In this document: positions 30,920 through 41,274 of the stretch, one piece after another
Layout of the letters: the number at the start of each line of letters is the position of its first letter
Position numbering within the stretch: the first letter of the stretch is position 1
Assembly: GCA_963785725.1 (NCBI GenBank)
Contig: CAWAWS010000022.1
Span: 96,001-160,000 of the forward strand
Reading direction: 5' to 3'
Length of the DNA: 64,000 nt
Source of the DNA: an uncultured delta proteobacterium
GTDB taxonomy: Bacteria > Myxococcota_A > Polyangia > Palsa-1104
Notes under the pieces: model-generated
Seen by the model: only the letters and a program-made list of their open reading frames with translations
Databases searched by the model: none
What the model was told of the DNA's origin: nothing
Translations under genes and position numbers: made by a program

Positions 30920-32854
30920 TTACAAATCGATCTGCGTGCCGATCTCGACGACCTGCTGCGACGGAATTCCGAAGTGGCGATCGGCGGCGACTGCGTTGCG
31001 CTGCAAGTAGGAATAGAGCGACTCGGCAAAGCGGCCCATGCGCCCTTTGCTCGTCGCCAAGATCGTCTCGCGTCCGAGATAATAGGTCACTTCTGGGTCG
31101 ACGAAGCGAACGCCGGCCGCCCGGGACGCGCTCGCCAGAATCGGATGCACCGATGGCTGCTCCATGAACCCGCAGCGAATGACCGCGCGATAGAACCCAT
31201 GGCTCAGCGCCGTCAGCTCCACGCGACGATGCGCGGGAACGGTCGCCTCGACGTCGCTGTGTACGACCGTCATCAGGATGATCTGCTCTTGCAGCGCGCG
31301 TCCGCGCTCGACCATGCGCATGAGCGAGGGCGGCATGTGGTCGAGCGACGACGCCAGAAATACCGCCGTCCCAGGCACGCGCGCGGCCAGCTGCGCTTCG
31401 AGCTGCGGCAGCGCCGCGGTGAAGCTCGGGAAACGCTGGGTATAGCGCTCGACGATGAGCGTGCGCCCTTTGCTCCACACCAGCATGGCGGCGATGAAGC
31501 TGACGCCGATCAACATCGGCACGTAGCCGCCGTCGAAGAACTTGGCCAAGTTGGAGACGAAGAAGGGGATGTCGAACGCCAAGAACAGCGCGAGCACCGG
31601 GACGGCTTTGGCGCGCGACCAGCCCCACGTGTGGCGCGCCACGATGTAATAGACGATCGAGGTGATGCCCATCGTGCCGGTGACGGCGATGCCATAGGCC
31701 GCGGCCAGGCGATCGGAGGCGCGAAACATCAGGACCAAGGCGATGCAGCCGACCGCCAGCAGCCAGTTGATCTCGGGAACGTAAATCTGGCCTTCGGTGT
31801 GATGCGCGGTGTGCTTGACGGTCACGCGCGGAAAATAGCCGAGCAGCATCGCCTGTCGGGTCAGCGAGAAGGCGCCCGAGATCAGCGCCTGCGAGGCAAT
31901 CACCGTCGCTGCGCTCGACAAGATCACGAGCGCGAAGGTCCAGCTGCCCGCGGGAACGAGCGCGAAGAACGGGTTGACCACGTGCGGATCGCGCAAGAGC
32001 AGCGCGCCCTGGCCGAAATAGCAGAGCACGAGCGCCGGCATCACGAAGCCGAGCCACACCCAGCGAATGGGCCGGCGTCCGAAGTGCCCCATGTCGGCAT
32101 AGAGCGCCTCACCGCCGGTCACGGCCAGCACGACGCCGCCGAGGATGAGCCCGCCGCGCAGCCCGTGCGCCGCGAAGTAGCGCACGCCCCACAGCGGCGA
32201 CAGCGCGCGCAGCACCGCCGGCGCCTGAACGATCTGCCACAGGCCGAGCGCGCCGATGGCGCCGAACCACAGGACCATGATCGGGCCAAAGACTTTGCCG
32301 ATCGTGCCGGTGCCGCGCTTTTGAATGACGAACAGCGCGAGCAGAATGCCGCAGGTGAGCGGAATGACCAGCGGCGCCAGCGCCGGCCGCGCCACCGATA
32401 GACCTTCGATGGCGGAGAGCACCGAGATCGCGGGCGTGATCGCGCCGTCGCCGTAGAGCAGCGCCGCGCCGATGACGACGAGCAGCGCGATGCCCGACGC
32501 CGGGCGGCTCTCGCTGCGCGCGCGCATCCGCTCGGGCACCAGCGCCAAGAGCGCGAAGATGCCGCCTTCGCCCTTGTTGTCGGCCTTCATGATGAAGGTG
32601 AGGTACTTGACGGTGACGACGGCGGTGAGCGACCAGACGATCAGCGACAGAATGCCGAACAGATCGTCGACGCGCACGCCGGCGCCGCCGCTGTGCAGGC
32701 ACTCCTTGAGCGTGTAGAGCGGGCTGGTGCCGATATCGCCGAAGACGACACCGAGGGCGCCGAGACAGAGCAATGACAGCGGCGCGTGATGTTTCTCTTC
32801 GGCGACCGGCGGAGGTGCTGCGACGGCCAGAGGCAATACCGGACTTGCGAACAT
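30920..32854 (-). CDS. kup: KUP/HAK/KT potassium transporter
   Basis: GVVFGDIGTSPLY, ADNKGEGGIFAL, GDGAITPAISVLSA, EALYADMGHFG, EGQIYVPEIN, VEIG. Confidence 0.96.
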   Translation of the reverse strand: MFASPVLPLAVAAPPPVAEEKHHAPLSLLCLGALGVVFGDIGTSPLYTLKECLHSGGAGVRVDDLFGILSLIVWSLTAVVTVKYLTFIMKADNKGEGGIFALLALVPERMRARSESRPASGIALLVVIGAALLYGDGAITPAISVLSAIEGLSVARPALAPLVIPLTCGILLALFVIQKRGTGTIGKVFGPIMVLWFGAIGALGLWQIVQAPAVLRALSPLWGVRYFAAHGLRGGLILGGVVLAVTGGEALYADMGHFGRRPIRWVWLGFVMPALVLCYFGQGALLLRDPHVVNPFFALVPAGSWTFALVILSSAATVIASQALISGAFSLTRQAMLLGYFPRVTVKHTAHHTEGQIYVPEINWLLAVGCIALVLMFRASDRLAAAYGIAVTGTMGITSIVYYIVARHTWGWSRAKAVPVLALFLAFDIPFFVSNLAKFFDGGYVPMLIGVSFIAAMLVWSKGRTLIVERYTQRFPSFTAALPQLEAQLAARVPGTAVFLASSLDHMPPSLMRMVERGRALQEQIILMTVVHSDVEATVPAHRRVELTALSHGFYRAVIRCGFMEQPSVHPILASASRAAGVRFVDPEVTYYLGRETILATSKGRMGRFAESLYSYLQRNAVAADRHFGIPSQQVVEIGTQIDL

Positions 32855-32914
32855 GCTTGGCTTCTTTGGAATGAGCGCGAGCTCAGTGGGCGGAACGAGT
32901 TCGTGCGGTCCACT

Positions 32915-32930
32915 TTCACCGCGCGTGCCA
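32915..32930 (-). promoter_or_regulatory. Possible sigma54 promoter of kup (GA variant at -12)
   Basis: TGGCACGCGCGGTGAA. Confidence 0.4.
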
Positions 32931-33115
32931 GCCCGATCGCCGCGCGACCGTTGACCATCGCGCCGCGACCCTTGCATTTTCCACGACGACACTCTGCACC
33001 GCGCAACGCCGTGCTCAGCTCGTGCTGCCGCTGACGCGCTCTGGGCCGGCACGGCGCCCAGATCGCGCGGCGGCGACGCGCTGCTCCAACTTGCAATGTT
33101 TCCAGGTCGTAAACT

Positions 33116-33128
33116 TTGCAACGTGCAA
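33116..33128. promoter_or_regulatory. Palindromic upstream activator-like site
   Basis: TTGCA-ACG-TGCAA between the divergent kup and porin genes. Confidence 0.55.
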
Positions 33129-33181
33129 TCTCGCTTCGATGCGTAACCACCTCGATTGGCTGAGTTATTGACGCCGGTCAC

Positions 33182-33197
33182 CGGCATGTTAATTGCT
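33182..33197 (+). promoter_or_regulatory. Sigma54 promoter of porin 1
   Basis: CGGCATGTTAATTGCT, close to consensus TGGCACG-N4-TTGCW. Confidence 0.75.
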
Positions 33198-33228
33198 GAC
33201 CGGGGCAGCTCCCACGGAGGGTTCGTTC

Positions 33229-34803
33229 ATGTCCAGAAGATTAGAGAGCGCGCGTTGGCTGCTCGCGCTCGGAGCATTGCTGTCGACCACGGCCGCGCGG
33301 GCGCAAGACCCGCCCGCAGAGCCCGTCGCCCGTTCCCTCGAGGAGCGACTGCGCGAAATCGAGGAGGCGAACGCTGCCTTGAAGCGCCAAGTGCAAAGCT
33401 TGGAGCAGAAGCTGGAGACGACGACGATCATGCCCGCGCCGCCGCCCCCGCCGACCGAAGGCGCGCCCACGGTGGCCGAGGAGCCGACGTCGAGCGAGCC
33501 TTTCGCGTGGGGCGATTTTACCTGGCTCAATGGCGGCAGCCGTCAAACCCACCGAATCCTCGACACCAAATATTTCACGCCGCAGTTCGACGTCGACCTC
33601 AATTACACCTACTCGTTCAACCGGCCGATCGATGACACGATCGTCGGATCGACGGCCACCTTCCGGCACAACGAGCTGGAGCTGGCCTTTCTCGGCATCG
33701 GCGGCGACGCGCACATCGGGCCGGCGCGCGGCCGCATCTTCTTTCAGTTCGGCGAGCGCGCGGTCGGCGTGCCGCGCAACGACGTCACGGTCAATCGCGG
33801 CCAATACGATCTGCTCGCGGCCATGCGATATCTCAGCGAAGCCTACGCCGGATATCATTGGAACAAGTACCACGGCATCAATCTCGACTTCGGGCTCTTC
33901 TTCTCGTATGTCGGCCTGTTTTCATACACGCAGTACGAGAACTGGGGATATCAAGCGTCGTTTACCTCGGACAATACGCCGTGGTTCTTCAATGGCGCGC
34001 GCCTGCAGATCTTCCCGACCGATCGACTCAAGGTCGAGCTGTGGCTGATCAACGGCTGGCAGACTTACGGAAAGTTCAACGAGCTCCCCGGCGTCGGCTA
34101 TCAAATCCATTACGCCCCGCACGACTATATCAAGGTCGTCTTCAACGGATACGTCGGCACCGATACGCAGGACCATCCGGGGCGCGTCCGCTTTCACAGC
34201 GACAATAGTCTCCTGTTTCGCTACTACAATCGTCCGCTGTCGAAAGGCATCAGTCGCGGCGCCATCTCGGCCACCTTCGATCTCGGCTTCGAGCAGGGCG
34301 ACGGCGTCGGCGCGTTCTACGGCCAGTCCAAGCGATCCAACGACGCGCCCGATCTGGACTGTACCAATGCCAATCCCTGCCAGCAGGACTTCATTAGCGG
34401 CATGATCTACGACAATCTCTGGTTCTATCGAAACACGTTTAGTTGGTACGCGGGCGCCGGCTTCATTCACAATCCCGGTCGCTATCTCGTGCTCGTTCCC
34501 GCCGGCGTCGCCGCGACGGCGTTCGACACCAACCCGGGCACGACGTTCGACGGCTGGGACTTCTCGACCAACATCAGCTACTACCCGACCGAGAACATCA
34601 CGTTCCGGCTCGAGAGCTCCTACCACAGCGTGAGCGCGCCCTATTACTCGGGCCATGGCGGCGTGACCGGCCCCGACGGATACAAGTGCGGCGGCCTCTA
34701 CAGCGCCGACGGTACCAGCTCGACCTGCATTCCGACCGGCTGGACGCCGGACCTCGTCAAGACCGAAGAGAAAGTCATTTTCGCCCTACTGTTCCGCATG
34801 TAG
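33229..34803 (+). CDS. Outer-membrane beta-barrel (putative porin), paralog 1
   Basis: Signal peptide, coiled coil, PFAWGDFTWLNG, YLSEAYAGYH, DNTPWFFNG, C-terminal ALLFRM; GGAGG RBS. Confidence 0.85.
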   Translation: MSRRLESARWLLALGALLSTTAARAQDPPAEPVARSLEERLREIEEANAALKRQVQSLEQKLETTTIMPAPPPPPTEGAPTVAEEPTSSEPFAWGDFTWLNGGSRQTHRILDTKYFTPQFDVDLNYTYSFNRPIDDTIVGSTATFRHNELELAFLGIGGDAHIGPARGRIFFQFGERAVGVPRNDVTVNRGQYDLLAAMRYLSEAYAGYHWNKYHGINLDFGLFFSYVGLFSYTQYENWGYQASFTSDNTPWFFNGARLQIFPTDRLKVELWLINGWQTYGKFNELPGVGYQIHYAPHDYIKVVFNGYVGTDTQDHPGRVRFHSDNSLLFRYYNRPLSKGISRGAISATFDLGFEQGDGVGAFYGQSKRSNDAPDLDCTNANPCQQDFISGMIYDNLWFYRNTFSWYAGAGFIHNPGRYLVLVPAGVAATAFDTNPGTTFDGWDFSTNISYYPTENITFRLESSYHSVSAPYYSGHGGVTGPDGYKCGGLYSADGTSSTCIPTGWTPDLVKTEEKVIFALLFRM

Positions 34804-34836
34804 TCGGGCGCGTTCACGTTACGGAGAGGAATAATC

Positions 34837-35091
34837 ATGATGCGAATTATCGGCATTCCGGCCGTACTCTTCTTGCTCGCCGGTTGCACGCCCACTGAAG
34901 GCCAGCGTTGCAATCCAGAGCAGTTCACCAGCGACTGCAATAGCGGCTTCGCTTGCGTCTATCCCACCAACTGCGCCGTGGCCTACTGCTGCCCGACGAC
35001 GCGCGCCAGCACCAACCCCAACTGTCAAGCCTGCCCCGCCGACGCCGGCGTCGACGCCGCCACCGCGGTCGACGCCGCCTCGCACGACTGA
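34837..35091 (+). CDS. Small 9-Cys lipoprotein, paralog 1
   Basis: LLAGC lipobox plus 8 further Cys; GAGGA RBS. Confidence 0.8.
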   Translation: MMRIIGIPAVLFLLAGCTPTEGQRCNPEQFTSDCNSGFACVYPTNCAVAYCCPTTRASTNPNCQACPADAGVDAATAVDAASHD

Positions 35092-35128
35092 GCCCATTGC
35101 ACTACGCGAGTCGCCCGCAATAGCAACG

Positions 35129-35141
35129 CTGCAACTTGCAA
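35129..35141. promoter_or_regulatory. Palindromic upstream activator-like site
   Basis: CTGCA-ACT-TGCAA upstream of the kdp promoter. Confidence 0.55.
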
Positions 35142-35182
35142 CCTCCTCCACCGCAACTACCTGAACGATCGCCATTGCAGTC

Positions 35183-35198
35183 AGGCACGGTTCCTGCC
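35183..35198 (+). promoter_or_regulatory. Sigma54 promoter of the kdp operon
   Basis: AGGCACGGTTCCTGCC (GG-N10-GC). Confidence 0.7.
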
Positions 35199-35212
35199 TA
35201 GCGGAGTGCGTC

Positions 35213-35296
35213 ATGTTGGACTTGCTCTTCGTCATCACGACGATCGTGTTCTTCGGGGCTTCGATCGCCTACGCCTCGGCCTGCGACCGCTTGTGA
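35213..35296 (+). CDS. 27-aa hydrophobic kdp-associated peptide
   Basis: MLDLLFVITTIVFFGASIAYASACDRL, GGAG RBS, directly before kdpF. Not in the ORF track. Confidence 0.75.
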   Translation: MLDLLFVITTIVFFGASIAYASACDRL

Positions 35297-35309
35297 TGGG
35301 AGGTCTTCG

Positions 35310-35399
35310 ATGAACGCCGAATACCTGATTGGCGCAGTCGCGTCGCTGCTCTTGGCCGGCTATCTGGTCTACGCGCTGCTCTACCCCGAGCGCTTTTGA
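35310..35399 (+). CDS. kdpF: K+-transporting ATPase subunit F
   Basis: [37 protein letters not shown]. Not in the ORF track. Confidence 0.9.
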   Translation: MNAEYLIGAVASLLLAGYLVYALLYPERF

Positions 35400-35406
35400 G
35401 GAATCG

Positions 35407-37096
35407 ATGACCGCCATCGGTTGGATGCAAATTCTCGTCTTCTTCGCGCTCGTCGTGGCCGTGACGCCGCCGCTCGGCCTGTACATGTTCCGCGTCTTCG
35501 AGGGCGATCGCCAGCCGCTGCCGCGCCTCGTCGGCCCCATCGAGCGCGCGCTCTATCGCGCCGGCGGCATCGACGGTCGGCGCGAGCAGACGTGGCTCGA
35601 ATATACCGTCGCGCTCTTGGTGTTCAGCGCGTTCGGCATGCTGGTCACTTATCTGTTCCAGCGCCTGCAGCACGTGTTGCCGTTCAACCCGCAGAAGCTC
35701 GGCCCCGTCGAGCCGACGCTGGCGTTCAACACCGCGGCCAGCTTCACGACCAATACGAACTGGCAGTCCTATTCGGGCGAGTCGACGATGAGCTACCTGA
35801 CCCAGATGGCGGGGCTGGCGTGGCACAACTTCACGTCGGCGGCGGTGGGCATGGGCGTCGCGCTCGTCGTCGCGCGCGGGCTGACGCGCCGTCCGGGCCC
35901 CGACGGCGCCAAGACGATCGGCAATTTCTGGGTCGATCTGACGCGCGCCATCCTCTACGTGCTGTTGCCGCTGTCGCTCGTCTTCGCGCTGATCCTCGTC
36001 TCGCAAGGCGTGCTGCAGAACCTCGCGGCCTACAAAGAGGTCACCACGCTCGAAGGCGTCAAGCAGCTCCTGGCGATGGGCCCGGTCGCGTCGCAAGAGG
36101 CGATCAAGGAGCTCGGCACCAACGGCGGCGGCTTCTTCAACGCCAACAGCGCCCATCCGTTCGAGAACCCGACGCCGCTGACCAACCTCATCGAGATGTT
36201 CCTCATCTTCGCCATTCCCGGCGCCATGACCTACACTTACGGGCGGATGGCGGGCGACCAGAAGCAGGGCTGGGCGCTGTTCGCGGCCATGTCGGTGCTC
36301 TTCTTCGCCGGCGTCGCGACCTGCTATTGGGCCGAGGCGCACGGCGCCTTTGGCGGCATGGAGGGCAAAGAGCAGCGCTTCGGCGTCGCCGCGTCGACGC
36401 TCTTCGCCACCGTCACCACCGACGCCTCGTGCGGCGCCGTCAACGCGATGCACGACAGCTTCACGCCGCTCGGCGGGCTCGTGCCGCTGGTCAACATCGC
36501 GCTCGGCGAGGTCATCTTCGGCGGCGTCGGCGCCGGGCTCTACGGCATGCTCGTCTTCGTCATCCTGACGGTGTTCATCGCCGGCCTCATGGTCGGCCGA
36601 ACGCCCGAATATCTCGGCAAGAAGATCGAGCAGCGCGAGATGAAGCTGGCGATGTTCTACATCCTCATCTTCCCGCTGCTGATCTTGGGCTTCGCCGCGT
36701 GGTCGGCGGTGCGGCCGAGCGTCCTCGCGACGCTGGCGAACAGCGGCCCGCACGGCCTGTCGGAGATTCTCTACGCCTACACGAGCGGCACCGGCAACAA
36801 CGGCTCGGCGTTCGCGGGCTCGAACGCCAACACGCCCTGGTGGAACGTCACGCTCGGCATCGCCATGCTGGCCGGCCGCTTCTTCATGATCATTCCCGTC
36901 CTCGCGATCGCCGGCTCGATGCTGGACAAGAAGACGGTGCAGCCCGGCCCCGGCACGTTCCCCACCAACGGCCTCTTGTTCACGGCATTGCTCGTCGGCG
37001 TCGTCGTCATCGTCGGCGCGCTGACGTTCTTTCCGGCGCTGTCGCTGGGACCGATCGTCGAGCACTTACGTCGCGCAATCCGGGACGGTGTACTGA
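35407..37096 (+). CDS. kdpA: K+-transporting ATPase subunit A (one apparent +1 insertion near 37067)
   Basis: [43 protein letters not shown]. Removing one T at 37066-67 gives [11 protein letters not shown] ending in a TGATG overlap with kdpB. Confidence 0.93.
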
Positions 37097-39157
37097 TGGC
37101 TACGTCGAAACAGACCTCGCTCTTCGATCCGTCGATCCTGCGGCCGGCCATCCTCGACAGCTTCAAGAAGCTGCATCCGCGCCTCCTGGCCAAGAATCCG
37201 GTCATGTTCGTCGTCGGCGTCGGCAGCTTGCTGACGACCGGTCTCCTCGTGCGCGACATCGCGCATCATGCCGCCGAGCACGCGCCCATTTGGTTCTCGG
37301 CGGCCGTGACGATCTGGCTGTGGTTCACCGTGCTCTTCGCCAACTTCGCCGAGGCGGTGGCCGAAGGGCGCGGCAAGGCGCAGGCGGCGTCGCTGCGCAA
37401 GATGCGCCAGGAGGCGACGGCGCGCCGGCTCGTCAACGGCCGCGAAGAAGAGGTCGCCGCGTCCAAGCTGCGCAAGGGCGACACCGTCGTCGTCGAGGCC
37501 GGCCAGCTCATCCCCGGCGACGGCGAGGTCATCGAAGGCATCGCGTCGGTCGACGAGTCGGCGATCACCGGCGAATCGGCGCCCGTCATTCGCGAGTCGG
37601 GCGGCGATCGCTCGTCGGTCACCGGCGGCACCAAGGTGCTGTCCGATCGCATCGTCGTGCGCATCACGGCCGATCCGGGCGAGTCGTTCCTCGATCGCAT
37701 GATCGCGCTCGTCGAAGGCGCGGCGCGGCAGAAGACGCCCAACGAGATCGCGCTGCACATCCTGCTCGTCGGGCTGACGATCGTCTTCTTGCTCGCCTGC
37801 GTGACGCTGGTGCCGCTGGCGCTCTACTCGGGCGATCCCGCTGTCGGCGACGGTGATCGTGGCGCTGCTGGTCTGCCTGATCCCGACGACGATCGGCGGC
37901 CTGCTGTCGGCCATCGGCATCGCCGGCATGGATCGGCTGCTGCGCAAGAACGTGATCGCGATGAGCGGCCGCGCGGTCGAGGCCGCCGGCGACGTCGACG
38001 TGCTGCTGCTCGACAAGACCGGCACGATCACGCTCGGCAACCGCATGGCGACGGCGCTCATCCCGGCCGACGGCGTGAAGATGGAGGAGCTCGCCGACGC
38101 CGCGCAGCTCGCCAGCCTGGCCGACGAGACGCCCGAAGGCCGATCGATCGTGGTGCTCGTCAAGGAGAAGCACGGTCTGCGCGGACGCAACATTCAACGA
38201 GCTGGGCGCGCACTTCATTCCGTTCTCGGCGCAGACGCGCATGAGCGGCTGCGATCTGCCGAACGGCGGCGGCACCCGCGGCAGATTCGCAAGGGCGCGG
38301 TCGAGGCGGTGCTGCAGTATGTCGAGTCGCTGCGCGGTCACGCGCCCGATCGCATGCGCCAAGAGGCGTTTCGCATCGCCGACAGCGGCGGCACGCCGCT
38401 CGCCGTCGCCGACGGCAACCGCGTGCTCGGGCTCATCCAGCTCAAGGACGTGGTCAAGACCGGCATCCAAGAGCGGTTCGCGCGCTTCCGCGCCATGGGC
38501 ATTCGCACGGTCATGATCACCGGCGACAACCCGCGCACCGCCGGCGCCATCGCCAAAGAGGCGGGCGTCGACGACTTCCTCGCCGAGGCGACGCCCGAAA
38601 TGAAGATGCGCCTCATCAAGGAGGAGCAGCAAAAGGGCAAGCTCGTGGCCATGACCGGCGACGGCACCAACGACGCGCCGGCGCTGGCGCAGGCCGACGT
38701 CGGCGTCGCCATGAACACCGGCACGCAGGCGGCCAAAGAGGCCGGCAACATGGTCGACCTCGACTCGAACCCGACCAAGCTGCTCGAGGTCGTCGAGGTC
38801 GGCAAGCAGCTGCTCATGACGCGCGGCACGCTGACGACGTTCTCGATCGCCAACGACGTCGCCAAGTATTTCGCGATCCTGCCGGCGCTGTTCATGGGCG
38901 TGTTTCCGCAGATCGCGCCGCTCAACGTCATGCACCTGGCGTCGCCCTACTCGGCGATCCTGTCGGCGGTGATCTTCAACGCCGTCATCATCATCCTGTT
39001 GATCCCGCTGGCGCTGCGCGGCGTGAAGTACCGGCCGCTGGGCGCCGCGGCGCTCTTGCGTCGCTCGCTGCTCATCTACGGCGTCGGCGGCGTCATCGCG
39101 CCGTTCCTCGGGATCAAGATCATCGACCTCGTGCTCAAGGCAATAGGAGCAGTGTAA
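37096..39157 (+). CDS. kdpB: K+-transporting ATPase subunit B (apparent frameshifts near 37834, 38195 and 38280)
   Basis: [39 protein letters not shown] (in another frame), [22 protein letters not shown]. Confidence 0.92.
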
Positions 39158-39756
39158 TGAAACCGGCCGTTCTGCTCGTCGCGCTGCGTTTTACGGTGGT
39201 GACGTTGCTTCTGACAGGCGTCGCCTATCCGCTCGTCACAACGGCGCTGGCCCAAGTGCTGTTCCCGAGCCGCGCCAACGGCAGCGTCGTCAGCGACGAC
39301 AAGGGCCACGCCGTCGGCTCGGAGCTGATCGGGCAGACGTTCACCAAGCCGTACTACTTTTGGTCGCGGCCGTCCGCCGCCGGCGACAAGGGCTACGACG
39401 CCACCAGCTCCGCCGGCTCGAACTGGAGCGTCACCTCGAAGAAGCTGCACGATCGCATCAATGGCGATCAGGACCGGCTGTGGAAGAGCAACCCGGGCGC
39501 CGGCGAGCCGCTGCCTGACGATCTGGTCACGGCGTCGGCCAGCGGCCTCGACCCGCACGTCTCGCCGGCCGCGGCGAAGTGGCAGGTCCGCCGCGTCGCG
39601 TTGGCGCGCGCCATTTCGCAGGAGCGCGTCCAACAGCTCGTCGATGCCAACACCGAAGGGCGCGATCTCGGCTTCCTGGGCGAGCCGCGGGTCAACGTCT
39701 TGACGCTGAACATGGCGCTCGATCAGCAGTTCGGCCAGGCCACCTCGGCGCGCTGA
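39157..39756 (+). CDS. kdpC: K+-transporting ATPase subunit C
   Basis: GSELIGQ, YFWSRPSA, ASASGLDPH, GEPRVNVLTLNMALD. Confidence 0.95.
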   Translation: MKPAVLLVALRFTVVTLLLTGVAYPLVTTALAQVLFPSRANGSVVSDDKGHAVGSELIGQTFTKPYYFWSRPSAAGDKGYDATSSAGSNWSVTSKKLHDRINGDQDRLWKSNPGAGEPLPDDLVTASASGLDPHVSPAAAKWQVRRVALARAISQERVQQLVDANTEGRDLGFLGEPRVNVLTLNMALDQQFGQATSAR

Positions 39757-39771
39757 AGCGGCCTCCGCGCC

Positions 39772-39784
39772 TTGCGAATCGCAA
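39772..39784. promoter_or_regulatory. Palindromic upstream activator-like site
   Basis: TTGCG-AAT-CGCAA, perfect arms. Confidence 0.55.
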
Positions 39785-39862
39785 TGTCGGGACGAGCGGA
39801 ATACGGCTTCTTGCAATACGCCGCCCGCGAAACGTGACGCGGACGGCCACTTATGCCCGGCA

Positions 39863-39878
39863 CGGCACGTGCTTTGCG
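39863..39878 (+). promoter_or_regulatory. Sigma54 promoter upstream of the kdpD-like genes
   Basis: CGGCACGTGCTTTGCG. Confidence 0.7.
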
Positions 39879-39886
39879 CCCATACG

Positions 39887-40129
39887 ATGGAGCTCGATCG
39901 CCAGGCGCGAGACGTCGCAGTGCTCGAACGGCTCCTGCGTCGGGCCGGGCTGGTCGTGCAACACTATCGTTATCGCGGTCAGCCCGTCGATGTGCGGGGC
40001 GTGGTGCAGCGCGTCTTGACCAGCTGCCACGGATCGCCCGGAGAACGTCATGCAATACCGTGCGGACCTGGAAGCGGCCGTTCGTTCGCTGCTTCACGGC
40101 TTTCGCTAGCGCGACGATGGGCGCGATGA
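39887..40129 (+). CDS. Small hypothetical protein
   Basis: MELDRQARDVAVLERLLRRAGLVVQHYRYRG; follows the sigma54 motif and overlaps the kdpD-like start. Confidence 0.35.
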   Translation: MELDRQARDVAVLERLLRRAGLVVQHYRYRGQPVDVRGVVQRVLTSCHGSPGERHAIPCGPGSGRSFAASRLSLARRWAR

Positions 40130-41274
40130 ATCCGAGTCGCAGCGCGGAAGATTTCCTGGCGCTCGTCGAGCGCGGGCGCCGCGGCAAGCTCAAGCTCTAT
40201 CTCGGCTTCGCCGCCGGGGTCGGTAAGACCTACAAGATGCTGCAAGAGGCGCACGCGATGGCCAAGGGCGGCGTCGACGTCGTGCTCGGCTTCGTCGAGA
40301 CGCACGGGCGCAAAGAGACCGCGGCGCTGGTCGACGGGCTGGAGGCCGTGCCGCGAAAGAAGCTCGAGTATCGCGGCGTCACCGTCGACGAGATGGACCT
40401 CGATGCGATCCTGGCGCGTAAGCCGACCATCGTCGTCGTCGACGAGCTGGCGCACACCAACGCGCCCGGCATGCGCAACCGCAAGCGCTACCAAGATGTC
40501 GTCGAGCTGCTCGATGCCGGCATCAACGTCATCGCCGCCTTCAACGTGCAGCACCTCGAGTCTTTGAACGACATCGTCTCGCGCAACGCCAACGTCCAAG
40601 TGCGCGAGACCGTGCCCGACAGCTTCCTGAAGCAGGCGGATCAGATCGTGAACCTCGATCTGGCGGTCGAGGATCTGTTGGAGCGGCTCAAGGCGGGCAA
40701 GATCTACCCCGACGACAAGGTCGCCTGGGCGCTGCAGCACTTCTTCCAAGAGCAGAATCTGTCGGCGCTGCGGGAGCTGTCGCTGCGTGAGGTGGCGGAG
40801 TCGCTCGAGCGCACGGCGCAGTCGCGCGTTCCGTCGGGCGAGCCGCGGCGCTCCTCGACCGGCGGACGCGTGATGGTGTGCCTCTCCTCGCATCCGCCGC
40901 ACGCGGCCACGCTGCTGCGTCGCGGCAGTCGCATGGCCGGCCGCTTGAGCGCCGACTGGTTCGTCGTCTACGTCGAGACGCCGCGCGAGGCGCCGAACCG
41001 CATCGACGCCGAGGTGCAGCGCAACCTGCACGGCAATATCGAGATGGCCCGCGAGCTCGGTGCCGAGGTCGTGCGCTTGCAAGGCTCCGATCCGGTCGAT
41101 TGTCTGCTCGACTTCGCGCGCTCGCATGGCGTCGGCAACATCATCATCGGCAGCTCGGACCAGCCGTGGTGGCGGCAGATGCTCGGCCGCTCGGTGCCGC
41201 TGCGGCTGGTGCGCGAAGCCAAGGGGTTCGACTTGCATATCGTCTCGTTCGACGACGAGGAGCGCTCCTCGTGA
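40117..41274 (+). CDS. kdpD: KdpD N-terminal + Usp domain protein (no TM or kinase domain)
   Basis: GKLKLYLGFAAGVGKTYKML, VDELAHTN, KRYQDV, NVQHLESLND, LRELSLREVA, Usp-like C-terminal part. Confidence 0.9.
   Translation: MGAMNPSRSAEDFLALVERGRRGKLKLYLGFAAGVGKTYKMLQEAHAMAKGGVDVVLGFVETHGRKETAALVDGLEAVPRKKLEYRGVTVDEMDLDAILARKPTIVVVDELAHTNAPGMRNRKRYQDVVELLDAGINVIAAFNVQHLESLNDIVSRNANVQVRETVPDSFLKQADQIVNLDLAVEDLLERLKAGKIYPDDKVAWALQHFFQEQNLSALRELSLREVAESLERTAQSRVPSGEPRRSSTGGRVMVCLSSHPPHAATLLRRGSRMAGRLSADWFVVYVETPREAPNRIDAEVQRNLHGNIEMARELGAEVVRLQGSDPVDCLLDFARSHGVGNIIIGSSDQPWWRQMLGRSVPLRLVREAKGFDLHIVSFDDEERSS

Noticed and set aside
32855..33228. c-di-AMP (ydaO) riboswitch upstream of kup
   Set aside because: Expected by context, but I could not find the conserved core by eye; an Rfam scan would settle it.
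35329..38244. 971-aa natural KdpA-KdpB fusion
   Set aside because: One-base removal restores the normal TGATG junction, and nearby insertions point to sequencing error.
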